Of a stretch of DNA of 64,000 nt, positions 9,655 to 20,728 are shown piece after piece. The stretch's first letter is position 1, and each line of letters opens with the position of its first letter. Where the stretch lies: the NCBI GenBank assembly GCA_963843575.1, contig CAWJKZ010000019.1, forward strand, positions 32,001 to 96,000, read 5' to 3'. Position numbers and translations under genes: made by a program. A model generated the notes under the pieces. The model saw only the letters and a list, made by a program, of their open reading frames with translations, searched no databases and was not told where the DNA came from. This DNA is from an uncultured Acidobacteriota bacterium. GTDB lineage: Bacteria; Acidobacteriota; UBA6911.

Positions 9655-12600
9655 ATGACTTTGAAAAGCCCGGAATTTTTCTGCTCTGTGTGGTCCTGCT
9701 CCTGTTGCCGTGCACCGGGTGCGGGCGCAGTCCGTGGGGGCGACGGTGCGCGGGGTTGTCAGGGACCGCTCCGCCTCCGTGTGCGTCGCCGCCGGGTCAG
9801 CATCGTGAATGAGGAGACCAACGACAGCGCGGGAGGTGCTCAGCGGGGCCGACGGGACCTTCGTGGTCAGCGTCCTGCCGCCCGGGCCGTACCGTGTCGA
9901 GGCCGAACTCGCGGGGTTCCGCAAATACGTCAGCCCGGGGTCATGCTGCAGGTGGGCCAGGACGTGCGGCTCGGCATCGTTCTCGAGCCGGGTCCTCGTG
10001 CCGAGGAAGTTGTCGTCAGCGCCACCCCGGCCCTGCTGCGGCACGACACGGCGGCCGCCGGCACCGTCGTCGACACGCGGCAGATCGCTTCGTTCCCGCT
10101 CGACGGGCGGAATTTTCTCCAGCTCAGCCTGCTGGCGACCGGGGCGGCTGCCCGCCGCCCAGGGGTCCCCGGGATCGGTCCGGGGCGACTTCGCCGTAAA
10201 CGTCAACGGCGCCCGCGAGGACTCCAACAACTTCGTTCTGGATGGAGTCTACAACAACGACCCCAAGCTCAATACTTTCGCGATCAACCCGCCCGGCCGA
10301 CGGGATCCGCGAGTTCGAAATCCTCGCCAGCTCGTACGACGCGGGCTCCGGGCGGACCGGCGGGGCGCAGGTCAACGTGGCGCTCCGCTCCGGCGGAAAC
10401 ACCTTGCACGGAACCGTGTACGACATTTCTGCGCAACGGCGTCACCGACGCCCGGAACTACTTCGCCCCACCCGAGGGCGGCTCTGCCCGCTACCAGAGA
10501 AGCCAGTTCGGTTTTTCGCTCGGGGGTCCGGTGCGACGGGACAAGACTTTCTTCTTCGCGGACTACGAAGGGCGAAGGGTGACGGGAGGGGATCACCCGG
10601 GTCACTAACGTCCCCACTCTGCAGGAGCGGTCCGGCGATTTCTCGCACAGCATCTTCGCCGCTCCGATCAATCCGTTTACCGGCACGGCCTTCGAAGGGG
10701 GGCGCCTCCCCGGGGAAGCCATGAGCGCCGTCGGCCGGGCCATCGCGGCGCTGTACCCGCTTCCCAACCGCGACATGCCCGGCGAGAACTTCATCTCCTC
10801 CCCCATCCTGCGCGACCGGGACGACCGCTTCGACCTGAGGCTCGATCACTCGATCTCGCGTTCATCGGCGCTCATCGCACGATACAGCTTCTGGGACCGT
10901 GACTTGTTCGAGCCTTTTTCCGGGCCCGCTTTTGCGAGGGTCCCGGGGTTCGGCGACCGCGTGCCGCGCAGGGCTCAGAACGTGATGGCGGGCGAGAACC
11001 ACATCTTCTCGGCCGACCTCGTCGGCGAACTGCGGGTGGGCTTCACCCGGGTCGCCTCCGGCGTCTATCAGCAGGACCAGGGCGGCAGCCTGAACAGGGA
11101 AGTAGGGTTGCCGGAGTTCTCCGGCAACCCCCGCGACTACGGGCTGAGTTTCATCAGCGTCTCGGGATTTTCACCGCTGGGCGACGAGTACAACAATCCC
11201 CAGCACAGCGTCACTAACACCTTTCAGGCGTTGCAGCACATCAGCTACCGCCGCGGGAAGCACCTGTGGAAGGCCGGCGTCGAGTTCAGGAACCTGCAGC
11301 AGAATGCCTATCGGGACATCCAGGCGCGGGGTTTTCTGACCTTTTCCGACTTCGGCCAGGTGACCGGCAACGGCCTCGCGGACCTGCTGCTCGGTTTTGT
11401 CACCTACTCGGGCGTCGCCCGGCTCGAGAACCCGCAATACCTGCGCAGCCGCAGCTGGGGCGTTTACCTGCAGGACGCCTGGCTTGCCCGGCCCAGCCTT
11501 ACCCTGTTGTTTGGGCTGCGCTACGAATACAACTCGCCCCCCGTGGACCGCTTCGACCGCGCCTCCTTTTTCGACGCCGCGACCGGCAGCCTCGTCCAGG
11601 CGGGCGCCCGCGGGGCGCCGCGCAGCGCCTTCCGGCCCGATCGCAACAACTGGGCGCCGCGCGTCGGGCTGGCCTGGGGACCCTCGCCTTCGACCGTCGT
11701 GCACGCCGGCTACGGAATCTACTACGACCAGTCTTCTCTGGCTCCCGGAGAGGGGCTCTATTTCAACCCGCCCTATTACGATTTCCGCCTGTTCTTCCCG
11801 CTCCCGACCCTGCCCCTGACGCTGCAGAACCCGTTTCCGGCCGACTATCCCTACGCGCTTCCGCCGTCGGCCCTCGGCTTCGCTCCGCAGCTCGGGACGC
11901 CCTACATGCAGCACTGGAATGCCAAGGTGCAACGCCAGCTCGGCCCGCACCGCGTCGTGGAAGTCGCCTACGTCGCATCCAAGGGGACCCGGATCCTCTC
12001 CGCCCGCGATCTTAACCAGCCGCAGGCGCGCCCTGCGACGCCGAACTTGCGCCCGCAGCCGCAGTTTGCCGACGTCATGTTCCTAGAGTCGCGCGGGAAT
12101 TCGTCCTACCACAGCCTCCAGGTTTCCCTGCAGCAGCGCATGAGCGGCGGTTTTGCCGCCCAGGTCTCCTACACGCTCGGCAAGTCCCTGGACGACACGT
12201 CGTCCTTCTTTTCGAGCGCCGGTGACGCCAATTTCCCCCAGGACAGCTGGAACCTGGCGGCCGAGAAGGGGCGCTCGAATTTCGACGTCCGCCACCGCCT
12301 CTCGGCGAGCTATTCCTGCGAGCTCCCTTTCGGCAAGACGCGCCGGTTTGCCCGGCGCGGCCTCCTCGCCGCCCTGTTGGGCGGCTGGACTACGAACGGG
12401 ATCCTCACCCTGCAGTCGGGCCGGCCCTTTACGGTCGCGCTGCTGCCGGAAATCGACAATAGCAATACCGGCCGCGCGAGCCTCGGGTTCGGGGCGAACG
12501 ATCGTCCCGACCGCCTCGCCTCCGGCGCGCTGGCGCACCCGGGACCGCATCAGTGGTTCAATACCAAGGCGTTCGCGTTCCCCGCCTACGGCAGCTTCGG

Positions 12601-12838
12601 CAACTCGGGCCGCAACATCCTGGAAGGACCGGCGTTCGCGGATTACAGCATGAACCTGCTGCGGGAGGCGTGGCTGAAGGAAGGGGTACGACTGCAGTTC
12701 CGCGCGGAGGCGTTCAATGTGCTCAACAGGGCGAATTTCGACCTCCCGGACATATACCTGGCGTCGTCTACGTTCGGCCGAATCCTGTCGGCCGCCAGCC
12801 CGCGCCGCCTGCAGTTTGGCCTCAAGCTGCTGTTTTGA
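9655..12838 (+). CDS. TonB-dependent receptor (Oar-like, carboxypeptidase-regulatory N-domain); several frameshifts in the first 1 kb
   Basis: Fragments [47 protein letters not shown] and QFGFSLGGP lie in different frames. The intact 705-aa C-terminal barrel has [11 protein letters not shown] and ends [10 protein letters not shown]. Confidence 0.88.
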
Positions 12839-12843
12839 AACTT

Positions 12844-12924
12844 TGGAGTGCGGCGCCTCGGCGCCGCTTTTACGTACGTCACGCCTCCGGAATGCCCGGC
12901 GCCTCGGCGCCGCCGAAAAGCGGC
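12844..12924. repeat. REP-like palindrome, family B (TGGAGTGCGGCG..CGCCGCTTT), copy 1
   Basis: tggagtgcggcgcctcggcgccgcttt directly after the receptor stop, with a partial second copy cggcgcctcggcgccg..aaaagcggc; related to 34108-34238 and 44773-44893. Confidence 0.8.
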
Positions 12925-13036
12925 CCGTTTTTGCTGAGACCGAGAGCCCGCTTCGAGTTAGTCTCTAGGGTAAGAACTCGACGAATTTCCAAGCCTATCA
13001 AGCAAGAAGCAAGCCAGACAACTGTGAGGGTCACCT

Positions 13037-13065
13037 CGGCTTCCGGCTTCCCGCTTCCTGCTTCC
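13037..13065. repeat. Heptamer run (CGGCTTC)n, the reverse complement of the GGAAGCC-type unit
   Basis: cggcttc-cggcttc-ccgcttc-ctgcttc just upstream of the kinase start. Confidence 0.65.
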
Positions 13066-13075
13066 GTGGGTTAGT

Positions 13076-14488
13076 ATGGCCGTCATGATCGGGCGAACAC
13101 TCAAGCATTACGCCGTCGAGGAGTTGCTCGGGAAGGGGGGGATGGGAACCGTTTATCGGGCGCGCGACACGCGTCTCCAGCGCTCCGTAGCGCTCAAGGT
13201 GCTGTCGACGGAACTGACCTCCGACCCCGAGCGCCGCCGCCGGTTTCTGCAGGAAGCGCGGGCTGCCGCCGCGATCAACCATCCGGCCGTCGCCCAAGTC
13301 TACGACGTCGACGACGTCGACGGGGTCACGTTTATCGCTATGGAGTTGGTCGAAGGGGAGACGGTGCGCCAACTTGTCAACCAGCGTGATCTCGACGTGA
13401 TGGCCGCCCTCGAGATTGCGGTGCAGGTGGGCGAGGGGCTAGCCCGGGCCCACGAACTCGGGATCGTGCACCGCGACATCAAGTCCGAGAACATCATGGT
13501 GACCCGCGACGGGCACGCCAAGATACTCGACTTTGGCCTGGCCAAGCTCGACCCCCTCCGCAGCCACGAGGCCGCCGCCACCGGGACCGGCGAGGAGCAC
13601 ATCTCCCAGATCGCCACCATGGCGGAGACCAAACCGGGCATGGTCGTGGGCACCGTTGCCTACATGAGCCCGGAGCAGGCCCGCGGCCGGCAGGTGGACT
13701 ATCGCAGCGACATCTTTTCTCTCGGGGTGACGCTCTACGAGATGGCGACGGGCAAGCTGCCGTTCCGCGGCGACAGCCCGCTGGACACCATGCACGCGAT
13801 CGCGTTCGAGGAGACACGACCAGTCACGGTGCTGCGCCAGGACCTCCCCGGGGGCCTGCAGCGCATCATTTCGCGCTGTCTGCGCAAGCGCCCCGAGGAT
13901 CGCTACCCCGACACACACAGCCTGGTTTCGGACCTGCGGAACCTGCGCAAAGACATGGATTCCGGCGTGAGCCGCGCCGTGCCCTGGGGCGAGCGCCTGC
14001 GGCAGGGCGTGGACTCCATGCGAGGCGCCCGCTGGTGGAAGAGCGGCCGGGTCCTCGCGGCGACGGCCGGCACGGCCCTCCTTGTTGTGCTCCTGGTGGT
14101 GAGCCGCTATTTCAACCTCACCCCGGTCGTCGTGTTGATCGTCTTGGGATTGTGGTTCTTCCAGCGCTATCGGGTGCGTGGGCCGAAGCTGATGAGAAAG
14201 TTCGCCGCGAAGCTGGCGCGCTTGCCCGAGGTGCGGGTGGTCGCGTTCCGGCAGGACCTGGCCACGGTCGTCGTGGACCGCATGCAGGCGAAGGTGTACC
14301 TGCGGGCAGCCTCCCTGATGGAGGCGGTGAACGGGAAATACTTCCACGGCCGCCCGATCCGGTTGTCGGTGCGCGACGACCTCACCCCGGAAGAGTTCCG
14401 GCGCATGCTTCAGGAGGGCGGCATCCTTTATCTGCGCGACGACGTTTTCGAACCCGCGCCCACAAGCCACGACACCGGCCCGCGCTGA
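13076..14488 (+). CDS. Hanks-type Ser/Thr protein kinase with two transmembrane helices and a small C-terminal domain
   Basis: LGKGGMG, VALK, HRDIKSEN, DFGLAK and YMSPEQ motifs, followed by two hydrophobic stretches. Confidence 0.93.
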   Translation: MAVMIGRTLKHYAVEELLGKGGMGTVYRARDTRLQRSVALKVLSTELTSDPERRRRFLQEARAAAAINHPAVAQVYDVDDVDGVTFIAMELVEGETVRQLVNQRDLDVMAALEIAVQVGEGLARAHELGIVHRDIKSENIMVTRDGHAKILDFGLAKLDPLRSHEAAATGTGEEHISQIATMAETKPGMVVGTVAYMSPEQARGRQVDYRSDIFSLGVTLYEMATGKLPFRGDSPLDTMHAIAFEETRPVTVLRQDLPGGLQRIISRCLRKRPEDRYPDTHSLVSDLRNLRKDMDSGVSRAVPWGERLRQGVDSMRGARWWKSGRVLAATAGTALLVVLLVVSRYFNLTPVVVLIVLGLWFFQRYRVRGPKLMRKFAAKLARLPEVRVVAFRQDLATVVVDRMQAKVYLRAASLMEAVNGKYFHGRPIRLSVRDDLTPEEFRRMLQEGGILYLRDDVFEPAPTSHDTGPR

Positions 14489-14538
14489 ACCGGGCCGGGA
14501 GCCGTCAGCAAAATGTGAAATTATTCTTGCGCGAGCCC

Positions 14539-15675
14539 TTAGGGTGCGGACGCGGCGACCAGAGCCTCTTCGGCGAGCCTGGCGATGTGACGGTGCGCCC
14601 GGTTGCCGTTGGTGAGGATGGCGCACCCCAGTCTACGGTCCAGGTTGCCCAGCAGGAAGGCCGTGTACCCCGCGACGCTGCCGCTGTGGGCGATGTACCT
14701 TTCTCCCCCCTTGCGGGAGGTGATCCAAGCGAGTCCGTAGCCGGTGGTCGCGTTGCCGAAGCCGTATTCCGTCGGCCCGGCGAACTTGTCGTACTGGCGT
14801 CTGTGCATCTCCTCCAGCGTCTCCGGGCGCAGCAGCCGTTTTCCACGGAATTCCCCGCCGTTGAGGTTTACGATCAGCCAGTGAGCCATGTCCTGGACCG
14901 TGCCGTAGACGATGCCCGCGGGCCATACGTCTGCCTTGGTGCGGGCCACGGGCTCCTGGCGCCCCGCTTCGACCACGTACGGGATCGCGAGGCGTTCCTC
15001 CATGTCCGGGCGTGGCGCGAATTCGGTGCTGGTCATTTCGAGCGGCGTGAAGAGGCGCTGCCGGATGAGCCGCCGGAACTCCGTCCCCGTCAGCCGCTCG
15101 ACCAGGTATGCCACCAGCGTGAACGCAAGGTTCGAGTATTCCAGCCGCTCCAGCGGCGGGCGCGTCGCCCTCAAGGCGTCCCTCAGGTATTCGGCGAGGG
15201 GCCGCGGCACCGTATCACCCCACACGGGATGCGCGCCGAACGCCGTGGGCAATCCCGACGTGTGGGTTAGCAGGTGCCGGAAAGTCACCGGCCGCCCCGC
15301 GACCTCCCCGCGGATCGCGAGGCCGCCGAGATAGGGGCCGACCGGGTTGTCCAGCCTGAACTTCCCCCGTTCCATCTGTTGCAGCAGCAAAAAAGCCGAC
15401 ATTGTCTTGAAGGTCGAGCCGATCAGGTAGACCGTCTCCGGCGTCGCGGCCGTTTTCGCCCGGAGGTTGGCCAGGCCGAAGCCCTGCGCCCAGATCACCC
15501 TCTCGCCGGCGACCAGCGCGATGGTCAACGAAGGGATTCTACCGGCCCGCATCGCGTCCTCGACCATCGGCTGAACCGCCGCGGCGATGCGCTGCTCGTC
15601 GGCCGGCCGGGGCACCGCCGGCCGGCAGCAGAAGCACAACAGCACGAAAAAGACGATGCGGCGCCCGCGTCTCAT
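14539..15675 (-). CDS. Serine hydrolase, beta-lactamase/AmpC-like family, secreted
   Basis: Signal peptide from MRRGRRIVFF; SxxK (STFK), LLTHTSG, YSN and HSG motifs. Confidence 0.88.
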   Translation of the reverse strand: MRRGRRIVFFVLLCFCCRPAVPRPADEQRIAAAVQPMVEDAMRAGRIPSLTIALVAGERVIWAQGFGLANLRAKTAATPETVYLIGSTFKTMSAFLLLQQMERGKFRLDNPVGPYLGGLAIRGEVAGRPVTFRHLLTHTSGLPTAFGAHPVWGDTVPRPLAEYLRDALRATRPPLERLEYSNLAFTLVAYLVERLTGTEFRRLIRQRLFTPLEMTSTEFAPRPDMEERLAIPYVVEAGRQEPVARTKADVWPAGIVYGTVQDMAHWLIVNLNGGEFRGKRLLRPETLEEMHRRQYDKFAGPTEYGFGNATTGYGLAWITSRKGGERYIAHSGSVAGYTAFLLGNLDRRLGCAILTNGNRAHRHIARLAEEALVAASAP

Positions 15676-15891
15676 CCCAACCCCCGGAACGCTCATTATA
15701 GACGCGCCCGCTGCCGGCACCAGCGTCTCCAGGATGCCCAGCTGAACATTTTGACGGGCGCCTGTATCTGTTGGTGTTAGGACGGCACAAAAGGAGCCGC
15801 TCCTGCGGCTGGTTGAAGGATGGGCGGGTTGCCCGGTGAGGAGAGCCGCGACAGTACTCATACGGACTACGGTCCGGGAAGGAATCCGGTT

Positions 15892-16440
15892 ATGAAGCGC
15901 CTAATGCTGTTTGTCTTGCCGTTGCTGTTCTGGCTGCCCCGGCCAGGATATGGCCAGGAGGAGACTCGCGCTGAAGTCTTCGGCGGCTACTCGTTCTTCC
16001 GAGCCGACACGTTTGACTATGTGAAAACCAACCTCAACGGCTGGAACGCCTCGGTCGCGGGCAACGTCAACAACTGGCTTGGTATCGAGGGCGATTTTGC
16101 CGGTCACTACGGTTCCCCGGGAGTCGGCCCGTTTCAGATCCCCTTTGTCGACGTGAACCTTTACACGATCATGGGCGGCCCCAAGATCGCGTACCGGAGC
16201 AGCAGCGCGGTCACGCCGTTTGGCCACTTCCTCATCGGGACGTCGCACGCCAGTGCCGGGATGTTCGGCCTGTCGTATGGTAAGAACGCGCTGGCCGCGG
16301 CCGTGGGCGGCGGGATCGACTTCCGGGTCAGCGAGCATGTGGCGGTGCGCGCGATCCAGGCGGACTATCTCATGACGCGTTTCTTCGACGAGCGGCAGAA
16401 CAACATCAGGCTCTCGGCCGGTGTCGTGTTCCGGTTCTGA
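15892..16440 (+). CDS. Small outer-membrane beta-barrel protein
   Basis: Signal peptide; alternating beta-strand pattern (EVFGGYSF, GGGIDF); C-terminal VVFRF. Confidence 0.85.
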   Translation: MKRLMLFVLPLLFWLPRPGYGQEETRAEVFGGYSFFRADTFDYVKTNLNGWNASVAGNVNNWLGIEGDFAGHYGSPGVGPFQIPFVDVNLYTIMGGPKIAYRSSSAVTPFGHFLIGTSHASAGMFGLSYGKNALAAAVGGGIDFRVSEHVAVRAIQADYLMTRFFDERQNNIRLSAGVVFRF

Positions 16441-16445
16441 GGGGA

Positions 16446-19400
16446 TCATTCCGAGCGCAGCGCCGCGAGCAGGGGTGCGCGGAAGGCCGCCACGGCGGCC
16501 AGCAGCGAGGCCGCAAGCCCCACGGCAAAAACGGAGCAGACCAGCGTCAGAACCGAGGCAATCGGGAAGGGGTGGGCACGGGCGACCAGGGCCGGACCGA
16601 CGGCAAACAGGGCGGCGACGGTTCCGGACAGGAGCCCCAGCCCCACCAGGACGGCGTTCTCGGAGAGTACGGTCGCGACGAGAGCGCCCCTCGAAAACCC
16701 GACGGCGCGCAGGAGCGCCAGTTCCTTGCGGCGCTCGAGCACGTTGCGAAGCAGGACCGCGGCCATTCCCACGCTGCCCAGCAGCAGCCCGAAGCCCCCG
16801 AGCGACTGGAATGTGGAGAGGTAGGTGTCCTCCACCTGGTGGTAGGACGCAAGCCGCTCGGGGGCCGATTGGGCGTCGAAACCCCAGTCCGCCAGGCGGT
16901 CCTCCAGCCGTCGGGCCACCTCGGAAGCCTGCGACGGATCCACGTCGACCAGGAAAAAGCGAAACCCCTCCTGGTCGGGGAAATATTTCAGGAAATTTGA
17001 TTCCGAAATCAGCAGTTCGCTCTGAAAAATGCTGTCGCGCAACGCCGCCACTAGCCGCAACCGGACCGGGCCCCCGTCGCCGGCGCGCACCGTGACCAGG
17101 TCGCCCGGGGCCCGGTGCAGCGTGTACCGGATGGTGTTTGCGTCCGCAATGGCCGGTACGGCGCCGTCTGGCGGCTCGGCTTCCAGCAACAGCCACGGGT
17201 TGGCTCGCGCCGCCGCCGTCGTGGCGGAGGGCGTGGCGCCGAAGCGAAAGCGGCCGCCCTGGATGAAATCGCGCGGGACCCCGAGCAGCCGGGGTTCCTG
17301 CGGGGCATAGAGGTTGAGGCAGCTCGTGTCGTCCCCCGGCCTGACCCGGAACTGCGTGAACCCCAGTGCTCGAAACCCGGCCAGGTCGTCCTGCAACCCG
17401 ACCGCTGTGCGGCCGTCGGCCCCGTTGAGATCGTAGGCGAGCGGCAGGGTGGACTCGGCGGCCAGGGCGAATCCTCCCGTCCCGGAACGACGGTCCGCTG
17501 CCGCGGTCGCAGGGCTCTGCCGGAAGGCTTCCAGCGAGACGATCACAAACGTAGCCCCTGCGATAAGTGCGACGCACGAGAGGGACCTGCCCGCGCGATA
17601 CCCTGCATTGAGGGCGCCGAGCCGAAACACGGCGCGCCAACCCCCGGCCCCGAGCGGCTCCGGGATCCTGCGGAAGAAAAGGGAACAGGCCGAGAGCGCG
17701 CAGACGAGCAGGAGCGATCCCGCGGTGAAGAAGCCTGCGGTTTCCGGCAGTGCCCCGGCCCTCGCCGCCGCGAGCACGGCGGCGGCGAGGGCGAGCGAGG
17801 CCGCCGCGGCGGCCCGGTCGATCCGGGCGCGCGTCCGGCTGCGCCCGCGGTCTTCGAACACCCCGGCCAGCAGCGCCCGGGCGGAGCTGCGGCCGAGGCC
17901 ACGCAGCGTCAGGGCGGTCGACAGCAAGGCGGCCGCTATCCCCATCGCGGCTCCAACCGCAAACGAAACCCACGACACGTGAAGGCTGAGCCGCGTCGCA
18001 CCGGTCGCGCCGGTCCACCACGTTCCGAGCCCGTGGAGCAACAGCGCAGCATAGGCGGCGGCGGCCGGCAGCCCCACGACCGTCCCCGCGCCCGCGATGG
18101 CGGCGGCCTCGACCAGAAACATGGATCGCAAACGGGAGGGGGCGAAGCCGGCGGCCGTAAGGGCGCCGACTTCGTGGACGCGCTGTTCTATCCCCAACCG
18201 GAAGAAGAGTCCCGAGAGCAGGAGGGAGGCCGCGATCAGGAAGAAGCTGAAGTACAGGAAGTACTGGCCGAAATCTGTCGAGCCGAGCGCCGCCTTCAGA
18301 CTGAGCGCGCGCACGTCGGTCACGTCGAATCCCGCGTGCTCGACGTCGAGACCGTTCCGTAGGACGGCGGCATAGGCCAGACTCGCGGCCTGCAGGTCCA
18401 CCGCGCCCGAGGGGCACAGGCGCACCGAGGTGGCGCCGCCGAACCGCGTGCCCCAGAGCGAGCGGCCACGATCGAGGGCGATGAAGGCCTTGGGCGTCGT
18501 GCGGTACTCGTCCCAGTAACGCTCGTCCTCGGGCCGGATACGCCGCAGGTCGAAGGGGAAAGGAGGGTCCCACTCCGTCAGGGTCGTCGCCTCGGTGATC
18601 CCCGGGAAATCCGGGGCCATGGACGGACCCGCAGCCGCGCCCGTCTGCACGGTCCCGGCGAAGCGAAACTGCACGGTTTCGGCGTCCAGGCGGCCGCCGC
18701 TACACCAGACGAAATAGGAAATTTCAACGGGTTCACCCGGGCCGGGCCTCAGTTCGCGCACGGCCCAGTCGTTGAGCCACACGGCCTGACCTTCGGCGGG
18801 CGGCGGACCGGTTGCCGCGGTCCGCGGCAACCGCGCGAGCGCGCCGCTGCCCAGATCGGCCGCCGTGATCACCGCATACGGAATCTCACGCGTGCCGCAA
18901 CGGATCGTTGTGGCGAGATAGGTGTAGAGGGGAGACGCCGGAATGCCGGAACGTTGGGCTGCGTCGGTCGCGGCACGGGCCAGGGCGTCGCTGAGCAGGA
19001 CCCCGGGGCTCTCGACCGACAGCGCGCCTTCGGCGGAGACCGTGCGCAACACTACCCCCGCATCGGCCAACGTCCACCCCGCGCGCAATACCCTCCGGAT
19101 TTCCTGAGGTCCATGGCCCCCGGACACGAGCAGTGTGTTGGCCCCACCGGGAGTGCCCAGATCGCGCTGGAGCCGGCCGAGAGGCACGAAAACCGTGAGT
19201 CCCTCGGAACCCCCCGGCCTGACCGAGAACTCGCCGAGCTGCCGGCGCGCGAGCACACCGGCGCACCTCAGCCGGAGAGTTCGGCCGGGGTCGTCGCGGT
19301 GCCCGAACAGCGATTCCTGCGGCGCTTCCTGCCCTTTTTCCACCCGGAGCAGAACCGTGTCGCCGACCTCCAGCTGCAGCTCGCGCGAGAGGCTTTCGCC

Positions 19401-19814
19401 GGCGTAGAGTTCGCGCCCGGCAGGGCCGCGGAACTGCGCGAGGCCGTGAAAGAGCCAGAATGCGTCGTCTACCCCGTACACCTCGACCTGCTGCGCCCGG
19501 CGCCCGGATTTTTCCGCCACGGCGATCCCGCGCGCCCGCAAGACCGGGCAGATTGTGCCGGAACTGCCCGGGCTGCCGAGGCGCGTCGCCATCTCCGCCG
19601 CCAGCCGCGCGCGAAACCAGTGCGCGGACGTGACGACGGATTCCGTGTTTCCCAGCCGATCGAGCACGCGGTCGCGCAGGCTGCCCCGGACCGAGTCCCC
19701 GACAAGCAAAGCTCCGGTCAGCACCGCGACGGCCGTTGCCACGCCCGCCACCACGGCCAGGTTGCCGCGCCAGTAGTAGAACAGGTTCCGCCGCACAAGC
19801 CGTGCCAGCCTCAT
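16446..19814 (-). CDS. Large (1122 aa) FtsX/MacB-family ABC transporter permease
   Basis: N-terminal TM (GVATAVAVLTGALLVGDS); two FtsX-type segments (EQRVHEVGALTAAGF, ERRKELALLRAVGF); ends ALRSE. Confidence 0.88.
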   Translation of the reverse strand: MRLARLVRRNLFYYWRGNLAVVAGVATAVAVLTGALLVGDSVRGSLRDRVLDRLGNTESVVTSAHWFRARLAAEMATRLGSPGSSGTICPVLRARGIAVAEKSGRRAQQVEVYGVDDAFWLFHGLAQFRGPAGRELYAGESLSRELQLEVGDTVLLRVEKGQEAPQESLFGHRDDPGRTLRLRCAGVLARRQLGEFSVRPGGSEGLTVFVPLGRLQRDLGTPGGANTLLVSGGHGPQEIRRVLRAGWTLADAGVVLRTVSAEGALSVESPGVLLSDALARAATDAAQRSGIPASPLYTYLATTIRCGTREIPYAVITAADLGSGALARLPRTAATGPPPAEGQAVWLNDWAVRELRPGPGEPVEISYFVWCSGGRLDAETVQFRFAGTVQTGAAAGPSMAPDFPGITEATTLTEWDPPFPFDLRRIRPEDERYWDEYRTTPKAFIALDRGRSLWGTRFGGATSVRLCPSGAVDLQAASLAYAAVLRNGLDVEHAGFDVTDVRALSLKAALGSTDFGQYFLYFSFFLIAASLLLSGLFFRLGIEQRVHEVGALTAAGFAPSRLRSMFLVEAAAIAGAGTVVGLPAAAAYAALLLHGLGTWWTGATGATRLSLHVSWVSFAVGAAMGIAAALLSTALTLRGLGRSSARALLAGVFEDRGRSRTRARIDRAAAAASLALAAAVLAAARAGALPETAGFFTAGSLLLVCALSACSLFFRRIPEPLGAGGWRAVFRLGALNAGYRAGRSLSCVALIAGATFVIVSLEAFRQSPATAAADRRSGTGGFALAAESTLPLAYDLNGADGRTAVGLQDDLAGFRALGFTQFRVRPGDDTSCLNLYAPQEPRLLGVPRDFIQGGRFRFGATPSATTAAARANPWLLLEAEPPDGAVPAIADANTIRYTLHRAPGDLVTVRAGDGGPVRLRLVAALRDSIFQSELLISESNFLKYFPDQEGFRFFLVDVDPSQASEVARRLEDRLADWGFDAQSAPERLASYHQVEDTYLSTFQSLGGFGLLLGSVGMAAVLLRNVLERRKELALLRAVGFSRGALVATVLSENAVLVGLGLLSGTVAALFAVGPALVARAHPFPIASVLTLVCSVFAVGLAASLLAAVAAFRAPLLAALRSE

Positions 19815-20110
19815 GTCGCCTCAGCCTGATTACGGCAAGATAGAGTCTTCTGCCCGGCGATGCAACCCCGGATGTCCACACGAACACCCGGATCCCGACG
19901 GCAATCGCTGCCGCCCGTCTGCGAAGTCGGATGTGCCGCGCCCGCCCCTTCCCGCGCGGATGCCCCCCCGACGGCTCACTCCCATTTCGCAGATCGTTCC
20001 GTTAATGCCTTAAATGAGGAAAACAGGGGCAAAAACTGAAATCAACGCGGTTTTTTTCGTCGATTTCTCTCGCAAACAATTAGGTGGACATGACTTATCC
20101 AGGTCCGTCC

Positions 20111-20728
20111 CTACGAGAGACCGCGCTCGAGGAGTTCGGCGTATTCGCTGGAAGCGTAGACTTCGAAGCCCACTGTTTGCGGGTCGAGGCGCGCGAAGGC
20201 GCAGGACGACTGGCGGCAGGAAAACATGTGTTCGGCGTAGCGGTAGTACTCGCGCAGGAATTCCGCGGTGACCGAATCGCGTTTCGGCAGCTCGGCGAAA
20301 ACGGAGTTCAGGCCCACGGCACGGGAGAAGACGCGGCGGAAGTCGACGACGCCCCATTTGCGCAGCTTTGTGGTGACGTTGGGCGGCGGGGTGTCGGTGA
20401 TGAGCGCCACGAAGGTCTGGAGCTCCATCTGGGCGGGCCACGCCTGGGGTTTGCGCCGGACCGAGTCGAGGCACTGCTCCGCCCAGCGGACGACATCCTT
20501 CCCGATGTAAAACAGCATGCGGACTTCGCAATAGCGGCCGTCGAGGACGCGTTTTTCGAGTTCCTCTTGCCGTGTCGCCTGGATTGCGGTGCCGTGCAGC
20601 AGTTCGCTCGCGCGTGAACAGGCGAGTAGTGTCGAGGCGTCCGCGGAGTTTGAAAACGGGTGCAACACGAGCGGGGGCAGGCTGCACGCGCGGCCACATG
20701 GCGATTCGTGATCCGGCATGCACCACAT
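20111..20728 (-). CDS. Hypothetical protein (soluble, about 200 aa)
   Basis: Protein-like composition (LPPLVLHPFS, RYCEVRMLFYIGKD, KLRKWGVVDFRRVFSRAVG); no motif recognised. Confidence 0.7.
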   Translation of the reverse strand: MWCMPDHESPCGRACSLPPLVLHPFSNSADASTLLACSRASELLHGTAIQATRQEELEKRVLDGRYCEVRMLFYIGKDVVRWAEQCLDSVRRKPQAWPAQMELQTFVALITDTPPPNVTTKLRKWGVVDFRRVFSRAVGLNSVFAELPKRDSVTAEFLREYYRYAEHMFSCRQSSCAFARLDPQTVGFEVYASSEYAELLERGLS

